NCBI GenBank assembly: GCA_023245335.1
Contig: JAHFKK010000001.1
Location: 299,282 to 363,281, forward strand
Length of the DNA: 64,000 nucleotides
Reading direction: 5' to 3'
Source: Candidatus Gottesmanbacteria bacterium
GTDB lineage: Bacteria > Patescibacteriota > Microgenomatia > UBA10105 > UBA927
Every line of letters begins with the position of its first letter. The stretch's first letter is position 1. The translations under genes and the position numbers were made by a program. Below, piece by piece: positions 27,156-37,758 of this stretch. Under the pieces are notes generated by a model that saw nothing but the letters and a program-made list of their open reading frames with translations, did not search any database and was not told the origin of the DNA.

Positions 27156-28580
27156 TTAAACCTGCGGCCCCCGCAGGTATACTGCCTGCCAGGGTTGAAA
27201 GTTTGACGTAAATGTCTGGTTTTCCAGTACCTCACCCCCTCGTGTCACGGTGTACTGAAACGATGCTTTAGCGCCCCAGGCAGCAAAATCCACTTGTTTA
27301 ATTTTGCCGGGAGGCAAGGTAGGGTCGTCCTGATATAAATCCGGCGGGGGAGCTACTTGTCCATAGACCACCTGATTGGAAATGACGGCACTTCGTCCGT
27401 CGGACGTACCGTACAGCTCGAAAGTCAGGGTTAGGTTGGTTGTGTCGGTTTTGGTTTGTATGAGAATGTAGGATGCAGTGTCATTTTTGAATTTGAGATC
27501 GACCGATGGTGAAAAGACCGTAGCGTCGAGCCCGGCTTTAAATCCGCCCTCCTCGTAATAATGGACGCGATACGCATGCGCATGGCGTTCAACAATCGGA
27601 AGTCCTGCGTTGAGTGCCGCGCGAAATAGCGTGGTACTGACCTGACATACGCCTCCTCCGTCTCCCAAGACCGTATGTCCTTCTTTGATGATGTAGGCGG
27701 ATTGATATCCGGTAGCCGCGGAAATGTCTCCAACGGCGTTATCAAAAGAAAACGTTTCTCCCGGTGGGATGAGTACGCCGTTTAAGCGGGAGGCTGCAAG
27801 TTCCACATTATGAATTCTTCCCGGTATGGAACCCTGGAATTCGGAGTACCCGGTCGCGATCAATTCTTTGATGCCGTATGAATTAACCTGTGCCGTGGTG
27901 ACTGCGGGTTTCACTGTGTCGACCGGGACACTCACGATAATATGGAAGATAGGTGCGTGGGGAAGGGCGGCGACCGCTGCGTTAAACCTGTTTCTCGTCT
28001 CCATTTTATTGACAGCTCTGCCGTCTTTGGACAATCGGAATGCGGTTACCCTGCCGTTTTCGAAATGGAAAAGTGCATCCTGTACCGGTATATCGATATC
28101 CTGGGATAAGTTTTGTAGCGCCGTGTCGACCAGGTCCGTCTTCCATCGAAAATACGGTGTGAGGTTGGTGGGCCCGTGGAAAAATTTCATGACAGCATCG
28201 CTTAGCCAGTGGCCGCTTCTACCTATCGCATACGCTTGGGTCGCTGAAAGCGTTGCATCATAGCCCAAATCCATGTCTGCTCCCGAGACGGTCGCGACTT
28301 TGTCCTCGAATTTGAATTCAAAAACTGCACTGGCAAACGGAATATTTTGTGATTGCCAGTATGCCTCGACGTCCGCTGGTGTTTTACCGCCAAATGATAC
28401 CCCATCGATCGTGACGTTCGGATAGATTTTACCGTTATATTGTTGTTCAAATACGCCCAAACCGACTGCCCCGGCGAGGATGAGAACCAAAAAGCCGAGG
28501 GCTACGCTCATTATGATTCGTCGGGATGAAAACGATGCACGCGGGGTAGTGGAGTGATCGTGAGACATGATATGATACAT
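27156..28580 (-). CDS. VanW-domain protein
   Basis: N-terminal TM and the VanW core GGGVCQVSTTL..A. An alternative start at 28511 (MSVALGF) is possible. Confidence 0.8.
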   Translation of the reverse strand: MYHIMSHDHSTTPRASFSSRRIIMSVALGFLVLILAGAVGLGVFEQQYNGKIYPNVTIDGVSFGGKTPADVEAYWQSQNIPFASAVFEFKFEDKVATVSGADMDLGYDATLSATQAYAIGRSGHWLSDAVMKFFHGPTNLTPYFRWKTDLVDTALQNLSQDIDIPVQDALFHFENGRVTAFRLSKDGRAVNKMETRNRFNAAVAALPHAPIFHIIVSVPVDTVKPAVTTAQVNSYGIKELIATGYSEFQGSIPGRIHNVELAASRLNGVLIPPGETFSFDNAVGDISAATGYQSAYIIKEGHTVLGDGGGVCQVSTTLFRAALNAGLPIVERHAHAYRVHYYEEGGFKAGLDATVFSPSVDLKFKNDTASYILIQTKTDTTNLTLTFELYGTSDGRSAVISNQVVYGQVAPPPDLYQDDPTLPPGKIKQVDFAAWGAKASFQYTVTRGGEVLENQTFTSNFQPWQAVYLRGPQV

Positions 28581-28596
28581 TGTATCCTAAACACCT

Positions 28597-30204
28597 ATGG
28601 ATCCAAAAGACCCGTCTGTTCCAGCTCCTCCGGTTCCTTCCGAGGGAGGGGTAGGGATAGCTCAATCAGTATTTGAGGCGCCTCCTTCGGTTCCGCCTGA
28701 ACCTTCACACGAACCTCTGATGATGGAGGATACCGTTGTAGTTCCGCCGGGCGGAGGAAATACGTCAGGTAGTGGAGAAGTGACACAGGCTTCCCAGCAA
28801 CAAAACCCTTTTATTCCGGACATCGCGATGCCGCAGGTAGCCGGGAGCCCGCCGGCCAATAGCGGAAATCCCCTGATGCGCAGAATCCTTCTCATCGGCA
28901 TTCCCGTCCTAGTGATTATCGTGATTATTGCAATTGTCCGGATGCTTCTTCCGGGCAGTAATGGTAGTGGCGGTAGCGGTACCGGCCCGTCGAAAAAAGT
29001 GACCATAAACTATTGGGGATTGTGGGAGAATGACGCTGTTACCCGGCAGTTCCTCTCGGATTTTGAGGCGAAATACCCGAATATCACCGTACAATATACC
29101 CAACAGTCGCCGAAACAATACCGTGAACGGTTGCAATCCGCGATTAATCGCGGTGAGGGGCCGGACGTATTCCGGTTTCATAATACGTGGATTCCTATGT
29201 TACGGATGCAGCTAGCGACAGTGCCGCCAAGCGTCATGTCGGTATCGGATTTTAACAGCGCGTTTTTTCCGATCGCAAGCAGTAATCTGGTTGCGGGGAC
29301 GAGTATTTTCGGCATCCCGCTCATGATTGACGGATTGGGCCTCTATGTAAACGATGATCTATTCGCGACAGCAGGAGTCACGCCGCCTACCACGTGGACG
29401 GATGTCGCTGACATCGTTCCGAAGCTCACCGTGAAAAACGGTACGGCGATTGTCACCTCGGCTATAGCTTTGGGTACTGCCACAAATGTCGAACACTTTA
29501 GCGATATATTAGGATTACTCTTTTTCCAAAACGGCGCAGACCTCGCGGCCTTGACCGGTAAGGATGCGGAGCAGACGCTGACCTTTTACCGGCAATTCAG
29601 TGATCCGACTAACCCGTTGTATACATGGAGCGATGGCATGGACAATTCGGTGTCCGCATTTGCTTCCGGCAGAGTTGCCATGATTCTGGCGCCGTCGTGG
29701 CGGGCTCACGAGATCGCGCAGATAAGTCCCAAACTGCGGTTTCATATCGCCCCGGTCCCGCAACTCCAGGGGAACTCCGTCGCATGGGCGTCGTATTGGG
29801 TAGAGGGGGTATCGAGTAAAAGTACCAACCAGGATGCGGCCTGGATATTCGTCAAATATCTCACCAGTAAAGATGGTGCGAGTAGGCTATATACCGAAGA
29901 GTCAAAAACCCGGTTGTTTGGAGAACCGTATGCACGGGTGGATCTCGCGAACACCATACTCAATGATCCCTATACCGGCGCGTATGTCAAACAGGCGGGA
30001 TTCGCGCGTTCATTCCCGATCGCTTCCCGTACCTATGACAATGGGATTAATGACCGGCTCATCCAATATCTCACTGATGCGGTGAACAGTATGGCAACCG
30101 GTGCGGCTCCGTCACAGGTTTTGCAGACCGCCTCAGCAGGATTCCGGCAAGTACTGTCGTCATACGGCTTTGTGACCGGTTCAGCAGTGACTCCTACCCC
30201 GTAA
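28597..30204 (+). CDS. Extracellular solute-binding protein (ABC type, family 1), with a Pro-rich N-terminus and a TM anchor
   Basis: KKVTINYWGLWENDAV..SBP_bac_1-like fold; 535 aa. No permease or ATPase genes are adjacent. Confidence 0.7.
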   Translation: MDPKDPSVPAPPVPSEGGVGIAQSVFEAPPSVPPEPSHEPLMMEDTVVVPPGGGNTSGSGEVTQASQQQNPFIPDIAMPQVAGSPPANSGNPLMRRILLIGIPVLVIIVIIAIVRMLLPGSNGSGGSGTGPSKKVTINYWGLWENDAVTRQFLSDFEAKYPNITVQYTQQSPKQYRERLQSAINRGEGPDVFRFHNTWIPMLRMQLATVPPSVMSVSDFNSAFFPIASSNLVAGTSIFGIPLMIDGLGLYVNDDLFATAGVTPPTTWTDVADIVPKLTVKNGTAIVTSAIALGTATNVEHFSDILGLLFFQNGADLAALTGKDAEQTLTFYRQFSDPTNPLYTWSDGMDNSVSAFASGRVAMILAPSWRAHEIAQISPKLRFHIAPVPQLQGNSVAWASYWVEGVSSKSTNQDAAWIFVKYLTSKDGASRLYTEESKTRLFGEPYARVDLANTILNDPYTGAYVKQAGFARSFPIASRTYDNGINDRLIQYLTDAVNSMATGAAPSQVLQTASAGFRQVLSSYGFVTGSAVTPTP

Positions 30205-30211
30205 GATAGGC

Positions 30212-31114
30212 ATGATGCAATCCGTACACCAACAACTCATCGCAACGATCGCGTATGCAGATGTTTTTGATTATCCTTTAACGGATGAGGAAACCCGCCG
30301 ATGGATGATCTCACTCACAACTTCAAAGATCGCTACCCGTATACCGGGTATTGACCGGATTCGGGAGGGGAGTAAGACGTATCACCTGTTACACGGGAGA
30401 AAAGATATTCTTTCTCTACGGGCGAATCGTCACCGCATTGCTCAGGATAAATGGCGGTTTGTGCGCTCGGTCACGCGGTCGCTGCAATGGATTCCCACGG
30501 TTGAGCTCATCGGAGTGACCGGTGGCTTGTCGGTTGATAATGCCAAGTCGGAAGATGACATTGATCTTTTTTTCATCGCCCATCGGGGGACATTGTGGAT
30601 GACACGATTACTAGTGACAATAGCCTCGGAAATTATGGGAATCCGTAGACGTCCAGGGGATCACGCCGTCGCTGATAAAATATGTCTCAATATGTTTATG
30701 GCAGAAGATGCACTCGGACTGGCACCGGGAGACCGGGATCTATTCTCCGCCCATGAAGTGCTGCAGATGGTGCCGATTTGGGAACGGGAAGGGAGCTACA
30801 GACGATTCCTACAAGCGAATGAATGGGTGAAGTGGTTTCTGCCGAACGCATGGCGGGATAATGTGAAGCATCGGGAGAGTCGAGTAAGGAGGAGCAGCGT
30901 GTCTGTATTTTTTCTCATGCTCCTTGGGTTATGTGAGCCGCTCGCCCGTGAACTGCAGTTACGGTATATGCGAAGGCGCCGTACGGCAGAGGTAATTACT
31001 CCGGGCGTTCTGCGGTTTCACCCCAAAGACGCACGTGTCTGGATCAAGAAAAAGTATCGTGCCAGACTCCGGCGATATAATATCCCCCTTGACAATGTTT
31101 TTTATCACCGATAA
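30212..31114 (+). CDS. Hypothetical protein with a minimal nucleotidyltransferase (Pol-beta-like) motif
   Basis: GVTGGLSVDNAKSEDDIDLFFI matches the G[GS]-x9-13-D.D pattern. Confidence 0.45.
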   Translation: MMQSVHQQLIATIAYADVFDYPLTDEETRRWMISLTTSKIATRIPGIDRIREGSKTYHLLHGRKDILSLRANRHRIAQDKWRFVRSVTRSLQWIPTVELIGVTGGLSVDNAKSEDDIDLFFIAHRGTLWMTRLLVTIASEIMGIRRRPGDHAVADKICLNMFMAEDALGLAPGDRDLFSAHEVLQMVPIWEREGSYRRFLQANEWVKWFLPNAWRDNVKHRESRVRRSSVSVFFLMLLGLCEPLARELQLRYMRRRRTAEVITPGVLRFHPKDARVWIKKKYRARLRRYNIPLDNVFYHR

Positions 31115-31117
31115 AAT
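31089..31117 (+). promoter_or_regulatory. sigma70-like promoter TTGACA-N17-TAAAAT for groES-groEL
   Basis: Exact -35, 17-nt spacer, then -10 TAAAAT. Confidence 0.6.
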
Positions 31118-31142
31118 AGCACTCACTTCGAAAGACTGCTAG
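31116..31142 (+). promoter_or_regulatory. CIRCE-like HrcA operator, degenerate right arm (TAGCACTC-N9-GACTGCTAG)
   Basis: Left arm matches TTAGCACTC; right arm matches 7/9 of GAGTGCTAA. It lies immediately after the -10. Confidence 0.5.
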
Positions 31143-31198
31143 TATTACTTTCTGTATCAATAGTAGTCATATATAAAAATTTATTAAGGAGGTTCTTT

Positions 31199-31495
31199 AT
31201 GGCAAAGCAAAAGATTGTGCCGTTATTTGATAATGTCCTCGTGAAGCCCCTTGAGGCAGAAACAAAACTTCCCTCAGGATTAGTACTCCCTGATACCGCC
31301 AAAGAAAAACCCCAGATCGGAGAAGTCATGGCTGTCGGTCCTGGTGGGACAGACGACAAAGGAAACGTCGTCAAGGTGGTCGTGAAGGTCGGACAGAAGG
31401 TGATGTACAAAAAATGGGGAGGCAATGAAGTAAAAGTAGAAGGTGCTGAATGGACGATCGTCGAACAAAAAGACATATTAGCAATTGTTGAATAA
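31199..31495 (+). CDS. groES: Co-chaperonin GroES
   Basis: 98 aa with AAGGAGG SD. Confidence 0.95.
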   Translation: MAKQKIVPLFDNVLVKPLEAETKLPSGLVLPDTAKEKPQIGEVMAVGPGGTDDKGNVVKVVVKVGQKVMYKKWGGNEVKVEGAEWTIVEQKDILAIVE

Positions 31496-31500
31496 TATAA

Positions 31501-33168
<1,668 letters not shown>

Positions 33169-33240
33169 GCGCGAAGTGAAACCCCTCGGAGCTTTAGCGA
33201 AGTGGGGTTAATCATAAATAAATTAACTATTAACCAAAAG

Positions 33241-33266
33241 GTCCCGCGAAAGCGGGACTTTTGGTA
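33241..33266 (+). terminator. Rho-independent terminator after groEL (GTCCCGC-GAAA-GCGGGAC + TTTTGG)
   Basis: Perfect 7-bp stem with a GAAA tetraloop and a T-tract. Confidence 0.8.
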
Positions 33267-33288
33267 TATATGCTATACTTCACATGCT

Positions 33289-33495
33289 ATGACAGTGGCT
33301 AAATGGAAAAAACTTTCACAAAAATACCCAAATAAATGGGTCGCTCTCAATGAAAAGACAGGGCAGGTTGTTGGTGTGGGGAAAACGCCGAAAACCGCGT
33401 ACGAGCAATCACAAAAGAAAGGGATTTCCGTCCCGCTTATTACGAAGGTGCCGAAGGAATATGGCTCTTACATCCTTACTACGGTTGGCATATAA
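33289..33495 (+). CDS. Small protein (68 aa), DUF5678-like (KWVAL...GQVVGVGKT...GISVPLITKVP)
   Basis: Internal ATG of track ORF 33202-33495. TATACT -10-like element just upstream. AT-rich segment. Confidence 0.45.
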   Translation: MTVAKWKKLSQKYPNKWVALNEKTGQVVGVGKTPKTAYEQSQKKGISVPLITKVPKEYGSYILTTVGI

Positions 33496-33904
33496 GACGT
33501 TTCCCGCTTCACCCATTGAGCCATTTCCCAATAGAAGTACGGTATCCAGGCCAGTTATTGATGTGCTATTACGTTGGAACGGAAAATCTATTAAATACAG
33601 TGCCATCGTTGATTCCGGAGCGGATTATTGTGTTTTCCATGCGGAAGTGGGTGAGCTTCTTGGTTTGTCAGTTAAAAAAGGCAAGAAGCTCACGTTTTAC
33701 GGCACGAGTGGTTCACCTCAAAACGCCTATTTCCATACAATACAGATAGAAATTGCGGGTTGGCCAATGGATCTCTACTGCGGGTTTAGTTATGATATGC
33801 AGACACTGCCGTATGGGTTGCTCGGGCAAACAGGATTTTTTGATCGGTTTAAGGTTGAATTTGACTATCATAATAAACGGCTTGAACTTAAACCAAAACG
33901 ATAA
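33461..33904 (+). CDS. Retropepsin-like (clan AA) aspartic protease
   Basis: Active-site SAIVDSGADYCVF and a C-terminal GLLGQTGFFDRFKVEFDYHNKRLEL tail typical of bacterial clan-AA proteases. It overlaps the preceding small gene by about 35 nt in another frame. Confidence 0.6.
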   Translation: MALTSLLRLAYKTFPASPIEPFPNRSTVSRPVIDVLLRWNGKSIKYSAIVDSGADYCVFHAEVGELLGLSVKKGKKLTFYGTSGSPQNAYFHTIQIEIAGWPMDLYCGFSYDMQTLPYGLLGQTGFFDRFKVEFDYHNKRLELKPKR

Positions 33905-33959
33905 ATACATCACAGTAATTCCTTCTGAGTATATAGAAAAGTTAAAGGGCTTGAATTGC

Positions 33960-35144
33960 ATGAAGATTGACTCAAAAATTATCCGTATTATCGGGACGTT
34001 TATAATTATTGAATTCTGTTTGCAGCTCGTTACTTTCGGCCGATATGCCTGGGGTCAATATTCACAGAAACAGGCAGAGAACGATATCGTTGCCCGCACG
34101 TGGGCACTCCGGGATCCCACATTTCGGGCGGTATTTAACGAAGAGTCAAACGTTTGGGAAGAGTATTACCCTTTCGTCGGCTGGCGGACGCGGGAGATGC
34201 ACACGCCGCACATAAACGTCAGCGCGGACGGGATTCGTACAACCGTTGGTAATTCTGCGACAGTAGCCGGCTTGCCGACCATCTACTTTTTGGGAGGATC
34301 CGCGATGTGGGGGGAGGGGCTTACGGATGACACGACGATTCCGTCGCTTGTCGTAAAGCAACTTAACTCGCAATCCCCGGCTGCAGCGGTCTTTAATTAC
34401 GGAGAGATCGGGTATGTCAGCACACAGGAGGTTCTCCGTCTCGCACTGCTTCTCAAGTCCGGCAAACGGCCGGATCACGTGATTTTCTACGACGGATGCA
34501 ATGATTTTTTCGTTTCCGCTCTGGATTCGCGCGTGCACGAGACGTATCGCGACGACCGCATGAAGTCAGTACTGGGAAACATTTGGGCGCTGCCGGATGA
34601 TAGCGAGACGGTGCGTACTCACGACAACACAACGATATTCAGTACCGGGTTTTGGCAGCAGGTATTTTCTGCGGCTATAAAATATATACAGATTATCCGC
34701 TATCCTATGGAGATCTATAACACGCTACATCATGATGCAATTTCAGCGAAGCCGCAGGGATCAGTCAGTGATGCCGGGAAAACAGAGGCGATAGCAAACA
34801 ATTATGTAGAAAATATCCGATTAGTAGACGCGCTGTCACAAACCTATCATTTCGATTATCTTTTATTTTGGCAGCCCACGGTATATTCCTATGATCTGAC
34901 GCCGGAGGAGCGCAACTTGCCGGGCATTCATCCTGACCGATATACACAATTTTCTCGAATGTATCATGACGCGGCACAAATAATCGGACAGAAACTCGGC
35001 GGTAAATTCATAGACCTTTCCCGTATATACGAAGGGACGAAAGGTCCGATATTTACCGATTCCTGTCACGTGACGGTTGAGGGAAACAGGACGGTAAGTG
35101 AGAGAATCGCAAAGGAATTACAGTCAGCATGGGGATTCAGATAA
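33960..35144 (+). CDS. Membrane-anchored SGNH/GDSL-type hydrolase-like protein
   Basis: N-terminal TM, YFLGGSAMWGEG, FYDGCNDF (GxND block) and C-terminal DSCH (Asp..His). Confidence 0.55.
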   Translation: MKIDSKIIRIIGTFIIIEFCLQLVTFGRYAWGQYSQKQAENDIVARTWALRDPTFRAVFNEESNVWEEYYPFVGWRTREMHTPHINVSADGIRTTVGNSATVAGLPTIYFLGGSAMWGEGLTDDTTIPSLVVKQLNSQSPAAAVFNYGEIGYVSTQEVLRLALLLKSGKRPDHVIFYDGCNDFFVSALDSRVHETYRDDRMKSVLGNIWALPDDSETVRTHDNTTIFSTGFWQQVFSAAIKYIQIIRYPMEIYNTLHHDAISAKPQGSVSDAGKTEAIANNYVENIRLVDALSQTYHFDYLLFWQPTVYSYDLTPEERNLPGIHPDRYTQFSRMYHDAAQIIGQKLGGKFIDLSRIYEGTKGPIFTDSCHVTVEGNRTVSERIAKELQSAWGFR

Positions 35145-35163
35145 GTTTGTTATACTAGCTCAT

Positions 35164-35796
35164 ATGCCGGATGATCATGTCAAAAAAACGATTGCCGCGT
35201 ATGATGAAATCGCAGAAGAGTATATAGCGAAAATTCAGAAATACGCACCAAAGATGGAGCGGGAACGGTTCGCTTCTATGGTAAAGCCGGGAGGGAAAAT
35301 ATTAGATGCCGGGTGCGGTTCGGGTCGGGATTCGTGGTATCTCTCGGAACGTGGATTTACTGTTGTCGGGATAGATTTGTCCGACAGATTGCTGGACTAT
35401 GCAGATAGATATACAACCGCTTCCTGTTCGTTCCAAAAAATGGATTTACGGAAGATAAGCTTTACAGACGGAAGTTTTGACGGTATTTGGGCTTGTGCGT
35501 CTCTCCTGCACCTCACGCGGGAAGAGATTGTGCCGGTAATAAAAAGACTGTATGAAGTGCTTGTTTCCGGCGGAGTATTATTTCTTCTCATGAAAGAGGG
35601 GAAAGGCGAAAAATACCTTACCAACGAGAAATTCCGCGGCGACACCCGTTTTTTTACCTGGTATACGCAGGATGAGATCCGTTCACTTCTTGGGACTGTC
35701 GAATTTTCCGTATTGGATATGTTTACGTGGGATCAGAAAAACCGCAATGCCGAACGCCCGCATGAGATATGGATTTCTACGTTTGCTAAGAAATAA
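35164..35796 (+). CDS. Class I SAM-dependent methyltransferase
   Basis: Motif I ILDAGCGSGRDS. Internal ATG at 35164. Confidence 0.75.
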   Translation: MPDDHVKKTIAAYDEIAEEYIAKIQKYAPKMERERFASMVKPGGKILDAGCGSGRDSWYLSERGFTVVGIDLSDRLLDYADRYTTASCSFQKMDLRKISFTDGSFDGIWACASLLHLTREEIVPVIKRLYEVLVSGGVLFLLMKEGKGEKYLTNEKFRGDTRFFTWYTQDEIRSLLGTVEFSVLDMFTWDQKNRNAERPHEIWISTFAKK

Positions 35797-35825
35797 TTTA
35801 TCAATGTGTTAACACGTTAACATAT

Positions 35826-36728
35826 TTGGAGAATAGTATGAGAACAACATTTGAACTCGTAGAAGCAGTTACAAAAGATAAATTAGTGCATCAGGGCATT
35901 TTTACTCACCCGGAAAAAGCGGGAAAACGGGCTATCCTTTGGGTGCATGGGTTAACCGGCAGATTTTTCGGCGATGCGAAGCTCATGAATCTTTTTGCCG
36001 CTGAATGTGCCAAACAAGGCATGGCGTTTGCGGCATTCAACAATCGCGGGCATGACATCATCGCAAATATTCATACGCTGAAACAATCGGGAAGCACGGA
36101 GGACAGCGTGATGATCGGCGCCGGCATGGAAGTATTTGAGGGGAGCGTTTTTGACGTTGATGCCGGTATATCGTTTCTCGTGTCGCAGGGATATTCTGAA
36201 GTCGTCCTTGTCGGCCACAGTACGGGTGCCAATAAAGTCTGTTATTACGCAGGGAATACCGATGACCCGCGGATAGTCGGGGTTGCTCTCGCCGGCCCGA
36301 TATCAGATAGGCTCTCGGAACGCACGGATAAGGAAAAGTACGATGAGAACATCAAAATGTTGAAAGACCTTATCAATACCGGAAGGGGAGACGCACTGCT
36401 TGCCAAGACGCATTGGTTCCCGATTACCGCGAAAAGGGCGTGGAGTTTACTCGCACCGAACACCAAGGAAGACGTCTTTAACTATGGGGATGAAAAAGAC
36501 GTGCTGACGGTATTTAAAAAAATTACCATTCCGGTGCTCGTTACCCTTTCGGGGAATGATGAAGCCGCCGACCGGCCGATGGAAACAATCAAAGAGACGT
36601 TTGATACACATACCGGATCCAAGGATTACAAAAGCGTCATCATTCCCGATACGACCCACGGATATGAGGGGAAAGAAAAAGAATTTGTTCGCGCGGTGAC
36701 AGGTTGGGCGGCGTCGCTTGTATCATGA
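35826..36728 (+). CDS. Alpha/beta-hydrolase-fold protein
   Basis: Nucleophile elbow GHSTG. Confidence 0.7.
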   Translation: MENSMRTTFELVEAVTKDKLVHQGIFTHPEKAGKRAILWVHGLTGRFFGDAKLMNLFAAECAKQGMAFAAFNNRGHDIIANIHTLKQSGSTEDSVMIGAGMEVFEGSVFDVDAGISFLVSQGYSEVVLVGHSTGANKVCYYAGNTDDPRIVGVALAGPISDRLSERTDKEKYDENIKMLKDLINTGRGDALLAKTHWFPITAKRAWSLLAPNTKEDVFNYGDEKDVLTVFKKITIPVLVTLSGNDEAADRPMETIKETFDTHTGSKDYKSVIIPDTTHGYEGKEKEFVRAVTGWAASLVS

Positions 36729-37513
36729 AATATCAAACTATCAAACTAGCTATTCCCAACGGCTGCGGGTTGAAGCTTGCGACAGAAATTTATAAACCCG
36801 AAAAAGACGGGAGACTCCCCGCAGTAATGCTTTTTCATGGTTTTACCGGATACAAAGAGACGGCAGATTTTGTCGATATTGCAGACAAACTCGCCCGAAA
36901 GGGAATCGTTTCAATTCGGTTTACCGCATCGGGATTCGGGGACAGCGAGGGGACGCTGGAACAGGATTATCGGTTCAGTAATCACCGGAAGGATGCGGAA
37001 GCGGTTTACGAGTACGTGCGGAAACTTCCGTACGTTGATACATCCCGCCTCGGCGTACATGGTCACAGCATGGGTGGGAAACTGGCGGTATTGTTTGCCC
37101 GGGATCATCAGAACGTAAAGGTTTTAGTTGTAGTTTCCGCACCGGTTACTATGACCGCCACGTCCTACGGGAGTCACCTAGAGGAGTGGAAATCAACAGG
37201 ATATTTCCGTAAGGTGAGCGGCAGAGATGGGAAAGAGTTGCATGTGCCGTATGCGTATTTTGTTGATGTTGAAGGGCCGGAAAACGATGTACTCATCGCA
37301 GCTGCACAAGTTACGCATCCTCAATCATTGGTTATGGCGGGGGACGCGGATACCGAAGTGCCATGGCAAGAGACGCATAAAATCTATGAAGCGCTCACGT
37401 GCAGAAAGATTTGGAAGCTCGTCAAGGGCATTCCACATATCTATGGGAAATATTTGGAGTCTAGGAATACGGTAAATACTCTCATTATGGACTTTTGTAT
37501 GACCAACCTATGA
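36725..37513 (+). CDS. Alpha/beta-hydrolase-fold protein (second of tandem pair)
   Basis: GHSMGG. ATGA overlap with the upstream hydrolase gene. Confidence 0.7.
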   Translation: MKYQTIKLAIPNGCGLKLATEIYKPEKDGRLPAVMLFHGFTGYKETADFVDIADKLARKGIVSIRFTASGFGDSEGTLEQDYRFSNHRKDAEAVYEYVRKLPYVDTSRLGVHGHSMGGKLAVLFARDHQNVKVLVVVSAPVTMTATSYGSHLEEWKSTGYFRKVSGRDGKELHVPYAYFVDVEGPENDVLIAAAQVTHPQSLVMAGDADTEVPWQETHKIYEALTCRKIWKLVKGIPHIYGKYLESRNTVNTLIMDFCMTNL

Positions 37514-37758
37514 CAATCTCGATTAGAAATATTTTCCCTGACACCGCAGAGCGTTGCATAGAAATCCAAAAAAATGACGGTTTTCGACATGCATACTTTC
37601 TTACAAAAGAACGGATTGAAAAACTCTACAAAAACGGCGAGAAGTTTTATGGCGTCTTTGATGATAAGCATTACTTGATTGGATTTGCCTCGATTAATGT
37701 CGATCTCGTACGGTTACGCATTCATTTTTTCTCTGTATCCTTAATTACTGTTTCTTAA
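37510..37758 (+). CDS. Small hypothetical ORF (about 82 aa), possibly a remnant
   Basis: ORF-track only; weak. Confidence 0.25.
   Translation: MTISIRNIFPDTAERCIEIQKNDGFRHAYFLTKERIEKLYKNGEKFYGVFDDKHYLIGFASINVDLVRLRIHFFSVSLITVS

Noticed and set aside
27161-27177. Perfect hairpin CCTGCGG-CCCC-CGCAGG
   Set aside because: Lies inside the last codons of the VanW gene (..LRGPQV*). Not followed by a T-tract on the relevant strand. Coding coincidence rather than a terminator.
33753-33959. Upstream extension of the SGNH-hydrolase ORF
   Set aside because: Overlaps the retropepsin gene. The MKIDSKIIRIIGTFIIIEF start at 33960 gives a sensible N-terminal TM anchor.
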